DNA of 64,000 nucleotides from an uncultured Candidatus Saccharibacteria bacterium (GCA_964654205.1 CAZZHR010000001.1:1953-65952), one strand, 5' to 3'; shown: positions 1 through 9,238, counted from the stretch's first letter. The notes: generated by a model not told the origin, from the letters alone. Numbers and translations: made by a program.

Positions 1-171
1 CACCTCAATGCTCTGACCGACTGTTCCCGCATTGCCCTAAGCTTGCGCATGGACTTATCCAGGGAACTCCCAGCTCCAGTTTTGATGGATAGATTTTCTA
101 TCGACCAAAACTGGGGCTGGGGACCGACGCACGGTAAAGCGCATCGATAAGAGAAATGTACAGCACGAAAA
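1..171 (+). CDS. C-terminal fragment of an unidentified CDS (partial at window edge)
   Basis: Frame 1 is open from the window edge to TAA at 169-171 (...MDRFSIDQNWGWGPTHGKAHR*). No homology recognised. Confidence 0.25.
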
Positions 172-333
172 AATGCGCAATTTTAATGAAAAGGACAACT
201 TTCGGGGAATATGGGTGGAAAAGTGTGTGGATAGCGCTGTGCACAAACCCTGCTTTACGGTGGGGATAGGCGTGATTCACTAAAAGGAGCGCGGGGTAGA
301 GCCCCGGAATCACTGGTCGACGGAGAGCACGCC

Positions 334-603
334 ATGGCATCAAAAGATTTCCACAGGCAACTGGCCGGCTATGGACTCACGACGGCGAATATCCTGTATC
401 GCCGTCCAGACCACCCGTGGTTGCTGCAGCAGTACGTCTGGCAGAACTATGACCTCTGCCCGAAGTTCCCGGAGCTGCGAAAGTTCCTGGACTTCTGGGC
501 GCGGGAAATCGAGGGACCGCTGCATTCCGTGCAGGTTGCGCACACGAAGCTCATCAAGCCAGCGGAGCTGAAGCTCGTCGGGACTGAATTCCGCTTGCAC
601 TGA
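334..603 (+). CDS. Usg-like family protein (89 aa)
   Basis: ATG with GGAGAG Shine-Dalgarno 6 nt upstream. Residues DFxxQLxGYGLTTAxILYRxPDHPxLLQxYVWQxYDLxPKFPxLxxFLDFWxxxxEGPLHSVxVAH match my recollection of the Usg-like family (PF06233), typically alphaproteobacterial. Followed by an intrinsic terminator. Confidence 0.6.
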   Translation: MASKDFHRQLAGYGLTTANILYRRPDHPWLLQQYVWQNYDLCPKFPELRKFLDFWAREIEGPLHSVQVAHTKLIKPAELKLVGTEFRLH

Positions 604-633
604 CCGATTCCGGAGCGAATCCCCAGCAAACTT

Positions 634-661
634 GCGGCCGCGAACGCGGCCGCACTTTTTT
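634..661 (+). terminator. rho-independent terminator after the usg-like gene
   Basis: Stem GCGGCCGCG-aac-GCGGCCGC followed by TTTTTTG. Confidence 0.6.
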
Positions 662-708
662 GCATTCTCCCCCTATTCCCTATAACCTAACAACTATCAC
701 CTATCCCT

Positions 709-1239
709 ATGGCCGGTCACAACAAATGGGCGCAGATAAAAAGGCAAAAAGGTGCGGCCGACAAGGCCAAGAGCAACCTCTGGGGAAAGCTGGGGAAGCG
801 CATCTCTGTGGAGAGCAGGCTCGCGAAGGGTGACACGAGCGCGCCGGGGCTGCGCGCGGCGATTGAGCGCGCGAAAAAGGAGAACATGCCGAAAGACACA
901 ATAGACCGTGCGGTCGCAAAGGGTACCGCAGCGGATGCGGCGCAGATGGAAAGCATCCTCTACGAGGCGTACGGCCCGGGCGGCGCGGCGATACTCATCC
1001 AGGTGCTCACCGACTCGCGCAATCGCGCCGCCCAGGAGATAAAACACCTGCTCTCTAAGCATGGCATTGCGCTCGCCTCGCCGGGGAGCGCTGCATGGGC
1101 ATTTGAAAAAACGGCAGAGGGCTACGAGCCCAAGACTACCGTGCAACTGAGTGAAACAGACGATGCGGCACTGATGAAGGTGATGGAAGAGATAGACGAG
1201 TACCCCGACATCGAGGACGTGTACACCAACGCCGTCTAG
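709..1239 (+). CDS. yebC: YebC/PmpR family probable transcriptional regulator, short form (176 aa)
   Basis: N-terminus MAGHNKWAQIKRQKGAADKAKSNLWGKLGKRI and the central EAYGPGGAAILIQVLTDSRNRAAQEIKHLLSKHG match YebC. About 60-70 aa are missing relative to the ~240 aa canonical protein. Confidence 0.8.
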   Translation: MAGHNKWAQIKRQKGAADKAKSNLWGKLGKRISVESRLAKGDTSAPGLRAAIERAKKENMPKDTIDRAVAKGTAADAAQMESILYEAYGPGGAAILIQVLTDSRNRAAQEIKHLLSKHGIALASPGSAAWAFEKTAEGYEPKTTVQLSETDDAALMKVMEEIDEYPDIEDVYTNAV

Positions 1240-1733
1240 CCGAGAAGGAAGCCGGCGGTCGCGCCGACGAGAACGGCGATACCGCCGACGATGCTCATGC
1301 GGAGCGCCGAGCGCAGGATACCCGCACGGGATAGTTTGCCGGTCCACGCGCCGAGCAAGAAGAGCGCGATGATGGAAGCGTATATCGAATATTGAAAAGC
1401 CTGGTCGCCGAGCCAGATGTAGGGTGCAAGCGGCACGAAACCCGCGACGAAGTACGAGGCAAACATGGTGCTCCCCGCTTTGAATGATTCCCCAGGGCTC
1501 GTGCGCTTGCGCGTCTCAAGCTCCTCGACCGAGGCTTCCGAGAGGAAGCTACCGGCCGCCATCGACACCGCCTCCACGAATATGAGGACCACGCCGGTGA
1601 GGATGATGGTCTCACGCGGGACTTCCGCTATCGCGATACCGGAGAGGAGGCCCACGGTCGAGACGAGTCCGTCTTCCACACCAAAAATGAGGTTGCGAAA
1701 ATATATTGAAGTCCATTCTCGAGCCGCGCGCAT
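1236..1733 (-). CDS. VIT1/CCC1 family membrane protein (iron/manganese transporter-like)
   Basis: YFRNLIFGVEDGLVSTVGLLSGIA is the hallmark VIT-family motif, followed by TM helices. Start moved to the internal ATG (MRAAREW...) at 1733 because the ORF-track N-terminus would overlap ruvC. Confidence 0.7.
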   Translation of the reverse strand: MRAAREWTSIYFRNLIFGVEDGLVSTVGLLSGIAIAEVPRETIILTGVVLIFVEAVSMAAGSFLSEASVEELETRKRTSPGESFKAGSTMFASYFVAGFVPLAPYIWLGDQAFQYSIYASIIALFLLGAWTGKLSRAGILRSALRMSIVGGIAVLVGATAGFLLG

Positions 1734-1772
1734 AGCATCATCGTAGCATCCGACGCGGGGTATACTTTCTAT

Positions 1773-2285
1773 ATGAAAGTGCTCGCCATCGACCCCGGGT
1801 ACGGGCGCTGCGGTGTCGCGCTCCTCGAGAGGCAGGGCGGCAAAGACGTGTTGCTCTACTCCGATTGCATCGAGACACCTCCGTCGATGGAATTCACCGA
1901 GCGGTTGAATGTGATTGCTTCGGAGTGCCGCCGACTCATGCGAGAGCATGAGCCCGCGTGCCTCGCGATGGAGAAACTGTATTTTGCCAAGAGCCGCACG
2001 ACGGGACTACGCGTTGCCGAGGTGCGCGGCGCGCTCCTCGCTCTTGCTGGAGAGCATTCGCTCCCCGTTTTCGAGTACTCACCCTCGGAGGTCAAGAGCG
2101 CGGCCGCAGGTCACGGACGCGCCGATAAGAAACAGGTCATCAAGATGCTTCACGCTCTTGTAAAAATCATGAAGCCAATCCGTCTAGACGACGAGTATGA
2201 TGCAATCGCGGTCGCGGTCACTCACCTCTCGATGCACAAGGTGCTCCAGGCGCGGGCACTTCAACCGGAGCCCGAAAAAAGCTAG
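1773..2285 (+). CDS. ruvC: Holliday junction resolvase RuvC
   Basis: MKVLAIDPGYGRCGVALLE... RuvC N-terminal catalytic Asp motif; 170 aa. Confidence 0.9.
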   Translation: MKVLAIDPGYGRCGVALLERQGGKDVLLYSDCIETPPSMEFTERLNVIASECRRLMREHEPACLAMEKLYFAKSRTTGLRVAEVRGALLALAGEHSLPVFEYSPSEVKSAAAGHGRADKKQVIKMLHALVKIMKPIRLDDEYDAIAVAVTHLSMHKVLQARALQPEPEKS

Positions 2286-2300
2286 AATGGGCAGCACGAT

Positions 2301-4709
2301 ATGACCGCCAGACTCTTCAGGCGTACGAGGCGCCTTTTCTCTCGTCTCCCCGAGTGGGTGCGCCTTATCTTCGTAGGCCTCATCGCGCTCGGTTTCTTTA
2401 CGCTCGCGAGCGTGACCGCGTGGGCTGCTTTCACTCCTATCCCATCGATAGACAACTTCGAGAATCGTGCGGTCGCACAGTCGACCAAGATTTTCGACCG
2501 CACCGGCAACATCGTCCTCTACGACGTACACGGGAGCATGCGGCGCACCGCTGTTCCGCTCGACAGCATCTCGCCGAACATCCAGAAAGCAACAATCGCT
2601 ATCGAAGATGCGACATTTTACACGCACTACGGGTTCCGTCCGCTCGCATTTATGCGCGCCGTGTGGACCAACCTCACGACGGGTGACCTCCTCGGCGGCC
2701 AGGGCGGCTCGACAATCACGCAGCAGGTGGTAAAGAACGCACTCCTCACGCAGGACAAAAAGGTTACCCGAAAGATAAAGGAGATTATTCTCGCCATCAG
2801 GCTCGAGCGTGTCTACACGAAAGACCAGATACTCACCACGTACCTCAACGAGAATCCGTACGGTGGGACGATATACGGCGTGCAAGAAGCGAGCCAATAT
2901 TTCTTCGGCGTCGACGCGAAAGATGTGACGCTCGCGCAATCCGCCTACCTCGCGGCGCTCCCGCAAGCGCCCACGCGCTATTCCCCCTACGGCAACAACC
3001 GCGACCTCCTCGAGCGCAGGAAGAACCTTGTGCTCGACAAAATGCTCGAGCATCAGTTCATCACGCAGGAAGAGCACGAACAGGCGAAGGATGAGGTCGT
3101 GCAGTTTAAGGACGAGGCCGATGCGGGTATCAAAGCGCCGCACTTTGTCTTCTACATACGCGAGTACCTCGAGAGTAAATACGGCGTCGATGCAGTGAAT
3201 CGCGAGGGGCTCCGCGCAATCACCACGCTCGACTATGATCTGCAGAAAAAAGCCGAGGAAATCGTGGGTAAATACGCACCAGGCATGGAGGCCAATTTCA
3301 ACGCGAGCAACCAGGGAATGGTCGCCATCGACCCGACATCGGGACAAATCCTCGCGATGGTCGGCTCACGCGGGTATTTCGACGACCGCATCGAGGGCAA
3401 GGTCAACGTCACCACCTCGTACCAACAGCCAGGCTCCGCATTTAAGCCGTTCGTCTACGCTGCCGCACTTGAGAAGGGCTACACGCCAGAGACCGTCCTC
3501 TTCGACGTGCCCACGCAATTCTCCACAGCGTGCCAGCCGTACGAGGTCACGAATTCGACACCGCCATGTTACGCACCCACGAGCTTCGACGGGCAGTTCA
3601 AAGGTCCGGTCACGATACGACAAGCGCTCGCGATGTCGCTCAACGTGCCGGCTGCAAAGGCGATGTACCTCGTCGGCATGGAAGGAGCGCTCAACATGGC
3701 CGAGCGCGTCGGTATCACGACGCTGCAAGACGCGCGCAACTACGGCCTCTCGCTCGTCCTCGGTGGTGGCGACGTGACGCTCCTTGAGCTCACGAGCGCC
3801 TACGGCGTCCTCGCCAACGATGGCGCTCGCAATCCGCACACGGCGGTACTGCGCGTCGAAGACATGCGCGGTAACGTGCTTGAAGAGTACAAGAAGGAGG
3901 AGACGCGTGTACTCGATCCGCAGATCGCGCGGCAGATAAGCGATATCCTCTCCGACAACGAAGCGCGCACGCCGGAGTTCGGGGCCAACTCACCACTCTA
4001 CTTCCCCGGCAAAGACGTGGCCGCAAAGACAGGTACGACCAACGACTATTGGGACGTGTGGATTATGGGGTACACGCCGGGCGTCTCTATCGGTGCGTGG
4101 GCTGGCAACAACGACAACGAACCGCTCGAGAAGCGCATCGCCGCGTTCATCATCGCGCCTATGTGGCACGAGTTCATGGAGTACGCGATGGAGAAGTACC
4201 CCGCCGGGGATTTCCTCGAGCCATCTCCGGATGCAGAGGCTGATTCACTCCACCCAGTGCTACGCGGTCAGTGGAACCCGCCGCCGGGCGAGGGTGTGCA
4301 CGAAATACTCTGGTGGGTCAACAAAGACAACCCGCGGGGCGGTGGAACATCGCGTGGCGATGGCCAGGTGCCGTATTGGGACCTCCCCGTGCAGGCCTGG
4401 GCTTCAGGCCAGCTCCTCGGAGCGACATCGACACCCGGCCAGGGCACGGGCTTCCGCATCCTCACGCCGGGTGCGGGAAGCTTCAATCCGCTGTGGCAAC
4501 CACTCTCCATCTCCGCGTACTACCCGCTTCCGCAAAATGTTGTCCACGTCTCGTACTTCCTCAATGGCGCGCCCATAGGGGCCTCGAGCCAGCCGCCATA
4601 CGCCATCACATACATACCCACCCTCGGCGGGCCCGCGACGCTTCAAGCGGTTGCGCAGACCATCCTCGGCGGTACGGAAGTCACCAGCATCCCGCTTACG
4701 ATTCAGTAA
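2301..4709 (+). CDS. mrcA: class A penicillin-binding protein (PBP1A; transglycosylase/transpeptidase) with C-terminal Pro/Gly-rich extension
   Basis: N-terminal TM anchor; GT51 motifs EDATFYTHYGFRP and RKIKEIILAIRLE; transpeptidase SAFKP and KTGTT motifs. About 170 aa low-complexity C-terminal tail. Confidence 0.85.
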   Translation: MTARLFRRTRRLFSRLPEWVRLIFVGLIALGFFTLASVTAWAAFTPIPSIDNFENRAVAQSTKIFDRTGNIVLYDVHGSMRRTAVPLDSISPNIQKATIAIEDATFYTHYGFRPLAFMRAVWTNLTTGDLLGGQGGSTITQQVVKNALLTQDKKVTRKIKEIILAIRLERVYTKDQILTTYLNENPYGGTIYGVQEASQYFFGVDAKDVTLAQSAYLAALPQAPTRYSPYGNNRDLLERRKNLVLDKMLEHQFITQEEHEQAKDEVVQFKDEADAGIKAPHFVFYIREYLESKYGVDAVNREGLRAITTLDYDLQKKAEEIVGKYAPGMEANFNASNQGMVAIDPTSGQILAMVGSRGYFDDRIEGKVNVTTSYQQPGSAFKPFVYAAALEKGYTPETVLFDVPTQFSTACQPYEVTNSTPPCYAPTSFDGQFKGPVTIRQALAMSLNVPAAKAMYLVGMEGALNMAERVGITTLQDARNYGLSLVLGGGDVTLLELTSAYGVLANDGARNPHTAVLRVEDMRGNVLEEYKKEETRVLDPQIARQISDILSDNEARTPEFGANSPLYFPGKDVAAKTGTTNDYWDVWIMGYTPGVSIGAWAGNNDNEPLEKRIAAFIIAPMWHEFMEYAMEKYPAGDFLEPSPDAEADSLHPVLRGQWNPPPGEGVHEILWWVNKDNPRGGGTSRGDGQVPYWDLPVQAWASGQLLGATSTPGQGTGFRILTPGAGSFNPLWQPLSISAYYPLPQNVVHVSYFLNGAPIGASSQPPYAITYIPTLGGPATLQAVAQTILGGTEVTSIPLTIQ

Positions 4710-4710
4710 G

Positions 4711-5808
4711 TTACCGGTTGAGCGGCATCACGAGGTATGTGAAGCTCGTGTCGGACACACCGCGAATGACGAGTGGCCTTCCCGGACCAGAGAAACCGAG
4801 CACGACCGAGTCCGACTCTATCGAGGATAGGCAATCGGCGAGGTAGCCGATGTGGAAATTTATGTCGAGGTCGTCGCCCGAGAGCGCCGCGTCGATGCTA
4901 TCCGACATCTCACCCACGTCGGCACTGCGCGCGGTCGCGGTGAATATTTTTTTCTTCGGGTAGATGTGAAGCCCGACGTGCATTTCACTGCCCGAGAAAA
5001 CGCGCGCCTTGCGAAGCATCTCTGCGAGGTCGTTCTTCAACATTGTCGCCTCAGAGGTGAATTTTTTTGGGATGATTTCCTTGTAATTCGGAAAGGTCGC
5101 ATCGACAACACGCGATACGAATCTCGTACCACTCCCAACCACCACCAATTGCGCGTCATCGGTCGAGAGCGACACAGTGTCGTCATTGAGCCTCTCGAGG
5201 ACATGGACGAGCTCTAGCGCGTGTTTAAGCGGAATGAGGAGTTCTCCCGATGCGCGCGCGCCTGTCTCAGACACCGTCTTTTCCGCGAGGCGGAATGAAT
5301 CAGTCGCGACACACACCATGGCGCCATCTTGTATGGAAATATAGATGCTCCCGAGGTCAGGACGTATCATCGAGGGAGACGCCGCGTATGAGACTGTTTG
5401 GATACCACGAATAAGTCTCTCACGGGCGAGTTTTATTTCCTTTTTGCCGCCATCACTCGAGAGCACGGGGAATTCTTCGTGCGGGACAGCCTTGATGAGA
5501 GTTTTTGTGCCTCGAGATTCGATAAGGAGATTACCATCTTCACTTGAAAGGGTAACTTTGTCGCCACTAATCGCCCGTATTGTTTGCGATAGGATCGCAG
5601 CGGGTACGGCGACTACACCTTTCTCCTCTACATCCCCCGCGATGGAGACCTCTATACCCGCTTCAAGATTGGTGGCGCGGAGTTTTATATCCTTTCCACT
5701 CTCCACAAGTACGCACGAGAGGATAGGGAGAGACTCCTTTTTTCCTGTAATGCGCTCAGCCATTAGGATTCCGCTTAGGAGTTTTTCTTTTGTTGTTGTT
5801 ATCTTCAT
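4711..5808 (-). CDS. dnaN: DNA polymerase III beta sliding clamp
   Basis: 365 aa; typical beta-clamp N-terminus MKITTTKEKLLSGIL...; lies immediately downstream of dnaA. Confidence 0.9.
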   Translation of the reverse strand: MKITTTKEKLLSGILMAERITGKKESLPILSCVLVESGKDIKLRATNLEAGIEVSIAGDVEEKGVVAVPAAILSQTIRAISGDKVTLSSEDGNLLIESRGTKTLIKAVPHEEFPVLSSDGGKKEIKLARERLIRGIQTVSYAASPSMIRPDLGSIYISIQDGAMVCVATDSFRLAEKTVSETGARASGELLIPLKHALELVHVLERLNDDTVSLSTDDAQLVVVGSGTRFVSRVVDATFPNYKEIIPKKFTSEATMLKNDLAEMLRKARVFSGSEMHVGLHIYPKKKIFTATARSADVGEMSDSIDAALSGDDLDINFHIGYLADCLSSIESDSVVLGFSGPGRPLVIRGVSDTSFTYLVMPLNR

Positions 5809-6117
5809 ATCTCTTTCATCCTATATAAAACTACTATTATTATTAGTCCTGTGTACACCGGGGATAAACAGAAAATATGACGGAAATGCTGGATGAATAG
5901 GTCTTTGCGTGGTTGTTGAAAACTTCTGCGCGAATCATGAACAAGTTGTTGGTAAGTGTGGTGCGTGAATATTTCTTGAAGTTCTCACACCCTTGTTCCG
6001 TGTGTTGTTCGACTGGTTGTACAGTTGTTTCCACAGGATATCCCACACTGTTTTGCACATCATACGCCGCGCCGATCGAGATAGGTACGGCGCGAACAAC
6101 GGAAAGAGAGTACATAT

Positions 6118-7470
6118 TTACGCGTGGATGAGAGAACGGATATGGTCGAGCTCCTGCTCAAGTGCGTTGTTCATCTTTATCTCCTCCTTTATCTTCTCGC
6201 ACGAGTGAATGACGGTCGTGTGGTCGCGTCCACCAAGTTTCTCTCCTATCGAAGGGTATGAGACGCTGAATTCTTCGCGCAGCACGTACATGATGATTTG
6301 CCGAGGCTTCACCACTTCTTTCTTACGCGTCTTTTCGTAGATGCTCTTTTCGGGTACCTCATAGTATTGCGCGATGCGGCGCACTACCTCGTCTATCGAG
6401 ACGCCGCGGTTCGGCTTCACGTTGTGTTTGATAAGAGCGCGTACATCGGCGTGCGAAATGGCCTTACCTTTGAGCTGTGATTTGCAGACAATCATGTTGA
6501 GTACACCCTCGAGTTCGCGGATGTTGCCGCGCACGTTCTCGGCAATGTAGAGGATGATGTCTTCGGGGATGGAAAAGCCATGCTGTTCTATCTTCGCCTT
6601 GATGATGGCGACGCGACTCTCGACATCGGGTTCCGGAATCTCTGCGATGACGCCCGCGGCAAAGCGACCCTTGAGGCGCTCTTCGAATCCTGGGAGGAGA
6701 CTTGGGTGCTTATCACTCGAGAACACAATTTGCTTATTGTTGTCATGGAGTGCGTTGAAGAGATGGAAGAGTTCCTCCTGCGTCTTTTCGGTGTTCGCGA
6801 TGAACTGGATGTCGTCCATGATGAGGACGTCGTACTGCCGGTACTGGTCCTTGAAGCTATTAGCCCTTCCCGCTCGCACTGCATTGATGTAATCCATTGC
6901 GAATCGCTCACTTGTCACATAGAGCACCTTCTTGTTCGCGTGCTGCTTCTTGAAGTGGTTGCCCACCGCTTGGATGAGGTGCGTCTTGCCGTGTCCGGTA
7001 GAGCCGTAGATGAAGAGTGGATTGTAGGTGAGCCCCGGGCGCTCGATGACTGCTTTTGCTGCTGCGTGTGCGAGTTGGTTGAAGGGCCCCACAACAAACG
7101 TCTCAAAGGTGTAGCGCGGGTTGAGGTTGTCGCGCTTGTCTATGTAGAGAGATTGGAGGTCGAAGGAAGCATTTTCCTGCGGCTTCTCGACTCGGGGCGC
7201 CCTCCTCTCCGCACTCGGGGCGCTCCTGTGCACGACGTACTCGACCGTCCGTATGGTGTTGTCGAGGCTGCGGAGCGCCTTGAGGATGAGTTTGTGGTGC
7301 TTTTCAAGGAGCCATTCCTTTACAATCTTCGACGGTACGGCTACCTGCACGGTACCCGAATCGCGATTCGCGATGTCGGTGTTACGAAACCACGTCCGGA
7401 AGGACGCCTGTGACGTTCCGAGCTCTATTTGGACGAGTGCGTTCTGCCATAATTCTCGATTGGTCATCAT
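6118..7470 (-). CDS. dnaA: chromosomal replication initiator DnaA
   Basis: 450 aa; AAA+ Walker A GSTGHGKTHL, box VII, C-terminal DNA-binding domain (...GEKLGGRDHTTVIHSCEKI). Confidence 0.95.
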   Translation of the reverse strand: MMTNRELWQNALVQIELGTSQASFRTWFRNTDIANRDSGTVQVAVPSKIVKEWLLEKHHKLILKALRSLDNTIRTVEYVVHRSAPSAERRAPRVEKPQENASFDLQSLYIDKRDNLNPRYTFETFVVGPFNQLAHAAAKAVIERPGLTYNPLFIYGSTGHGKTHLIQAVGNHFKKQHANKKVLYVTSERFAMDYINAVRAGRANSFKDQYRQYDVLIMDDIQFIANTEKTQEELFHLFNALHDNNKQIVFSSDKHPSLLPGFEERLKGRFAAGVIAEIPEPDVESRVAIIKAKIEQHGFSIPEDIILYIAENVRGNIRELEGVLNMIVCKSQLKGKAISHADVRALIKHNVKPNRGVSIDEVVRRIAQYYEVPEKSIYEKTRKKEVVKPRQIIMYVLREEFSVSYPSIGEKLGGRDHTTVIHSCEKIKEEIKMNNALEQELDHIRSLIHA

Positions 7471-7599
7471 AGATGTGCAGAACGCCTAAAGCTCACGTAT
7501 TATACGCGCGTAGTTTTTCCTGGGAAGCGCCGCTATCATTCCAGACCATGTGTACAACCTGTGTACAACCTGTGCATTAGTGTTCGTCCGGCGCCACTG

Positions 7600-7628
7600 T
7601 TGTCATCCGTCGTTTTTTAGCGTATAGT
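7600..7628 (+). promoter_or_regulatory. sigma-70-type promoter of rpmH (-35 TTGTCA, 17-nt spacer, -10 TATAGT); predicted transcription start only 1-3 nt before the ATG
   Basis: TTGTCA at 7600-7605 and TATAGT at 7623-7628; the ATG is at 7637, implying a leaderless or near-leaderless mRNA. Confidence 0.45.
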
Positions 7629-7636
7629 CCTGACCT

Positions 7637-7777
7637 ATGAGACGAACCTATCAGCCGAAGAAGCGAAAGCGAGCGAAGACGCACGGTTTCCGTTCGCGCA
7701 CGACGACCTCGAAGGGGCGAAAAGTGCTTCGCCGTCGTCGCCAGAAGGGCCGCAAGCGCCTCTCTGCGTCGGTATAA
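7637..7777 (+). CDS. rpmH: 50S ribosomal protein L34
   Basis: Translates to [46 protein letters not shown] (46 aa), a near-consensus L34. Absent from the ORF track because it is under 60 aa. Confidence 0.95.
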   Translation: MRRTYQPKKRKRAKTHGFRSRTTTSKGRKVLRRRRQKGRKRLSASV

Positions 7778-7784
7778 TTTTTGG

Positions 7785-8111
7785 ATGCCCAAGAAAAATC
7801 GCCTTACGGGCGCTGAGATACAGAGGATACGCGCCCCCCGCCGGGTCTCTTCCGCGCTCTTTTCCCTTTCGTTTTCGTCGTCGAGTGGTGATGGTGCGAG
7901 ATTTGCCTGCGTGGTATCCAAGAAGGTCTCCGGGAAGGCGGTGGTTCGCAACGCGATAAAGAGGAGGTGTCGGGAGATTATCCGGACACATATCGCACGG
8001 CTTCCCGCCGGGACGTACGTCCTGTATGCGAAGAAGGGCGCAGTCACTGCTGCGTATAAAGAGTGCGAGGCTGACATCCTAAAGCTCCTGAGCGGCCTCC
8101 GGGGCGCGTAA
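7785..8111 (+). CDS. rnpA: RNase P protein component
   Basis: 108 aa basic protein directly after rpmH; central motif KKVSGKAVVRNAIKRRCRE matches RnpA; conserved rpmH-rnpA-yidC synteny. Confidence 0.85.
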   Translation: MPKKNRLTGAEIQRIRAPRRVSSALFSLSFSSSSGDGARFACVVSKKVSGKAVVRNAIKRRCREIIRTHIARLPAGTYVLYAKKGAVTAAYKECEADILKLLSGLRGA

Positions 8112-8284
8112 AGCAAGGCGGCGGTACGGCCCGGTAGGACAATTGGGGATTGCCTTGATGCAGACGAGCTGACGTTGTAAAGAATAATGCGCAAGTGGTG
8201 CGGTATACGTGGTATGACGAGCCGACGGCGGCATCTATGCCAAATTGTACTGACCGGGTACAATACGCCGCAACCTACCCGGCT

Positions 8285-9025
8285 ATGATCAGCTCCATCT
8301 TCCATGCTCTCGTCTACGACCCCATATACAATGCGCTCGTCTACTTCGTCGACATCGTGCCGGGACACGATGTCGGAATTGCCGTCATTATCGTGACGAT
8401 AATCGTGCGCATCATCCTCTACCCTCTTTCTAAGAAGGCCATCAAGGCGCAGATGGATATGAAGCGCGTTGCGCCGGAGATAGAAGAGATAAAGAAAAAG
8501 TTCAAGGACAAGCCCGAAGAACAGGGGCGCGCCATATTCGCACTCTACCGGGAGCGCGGCGTGAGTCCCTTTGCCGGGCTCTTCCTGCTCCTCGTCCAGC
8601 TCCCGATACTGCTCGGACTCTATTTCGTGTTCGCACAGGGAGGTCTTCCCAGCATCAACACGGATATTCTCTACGCATTTGTGCCAACGCCGGGGGCGGT
8701 CGACATGGAATTCCTCGGCCTCATCGATATGGGCGGCAAGAGCCTCATCCTCGCGCTCCTCGCGGGCGTCACACAATTCGTATACACACGGCTCTCGATG
8801 GGGCCACGCGGTTCTGCGGTAGCGGCCGAGGCGTCTTTCTCAGCGGAAATGGCGCGCACGTTTGACCTCCAGGCGCGGTATGCGCTCCCCCTTATCGTTG
8901 CGGGCATCGCGTACTTCATCGCCGCTGCCGCTCCTCTCTACTGGCTCACAAGCAATCTTTTCATGATAGGTCAGGAGCTTCTCTCGGGACGTCGGTTCAA
9001 CCCCAAGACCGAAAAGGACTCATAG
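8285..9025 (+). CDS. yidC: membrane protein insertase YidC/Oxa1 family (short form)
   Basis: IAVIIVTIIVRIILYPLSKK...MKRVAPEIEEIKKKFKDKPEE... aligns with the YidC core (60KD_IMP). Start placed at the ATG (MISSIF...) that matches the mature start of Gram-positive YidC; the GTG at 8195 adds a non-hydrophobic 30 aa. Confidence 0.8.
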   Translation: MISSIFHALVYDPIYNALVYFVDIVPGHDVGIAVIIVTIIVRIILYPLSKKAIKAQMDMKRVAPEIEEIKKKFKDKPEEQGRAIFALYRERGVSPFAGLFLLLVQLPILLGLYFVFAQGGLPSINTDILYAFVPTPGAVDMEFLGLIDMGGKSLILALLAGVTQFVYTRLSMGPRGSAVAAEASFSAEMARTFDLQARYALPLIVAGIAYFIAAAAPLYWLTSNLFMIGQELLSGRRFNPKTEKDS

Positions 9026-9238
9026 CCGTACCCTCACAGACGACCTGTACTTAGGGGGCAATCGCGCCCGATATTAGAACACGCGCTCTCTGGCGGCTGT
9101 ATTGCCGAGTGTCTACCTCACGGGGTCTACCCCATGAGATACTCGCTGCGAACGTCCGCTTTCCGATTTTCGCATTACAACATGCGTTTAATGCATTGGT
9201 ATTGCCGATTAACTATCTCACGGGGTATAGTGCCCTCC

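Noticed and set aside
2184-3347. 387-aa minus-strand ORF inside the PBP1A gene. Similar long antisense ORFs: 6580-7413(+) in dnaA, 7577-8776(-) across rnpA/yidC, 13224-13934(+) in virB4, 15802-16719(+), 19914-21017(-), 25930-26940(-) in the M23 gene, 27118-27903(-) in purA, 32305-33072(+) in pnp, 42035-42964(+) in cca, 54601-55773(+), 59791-61227(+) in nusA
   Set aside because: These are Arg/Pro/Ser-rich, stop-free antisense frames expected in 60% GC DNA. Each lies wholly opposite a gene with strong homology and has no start-site signals.
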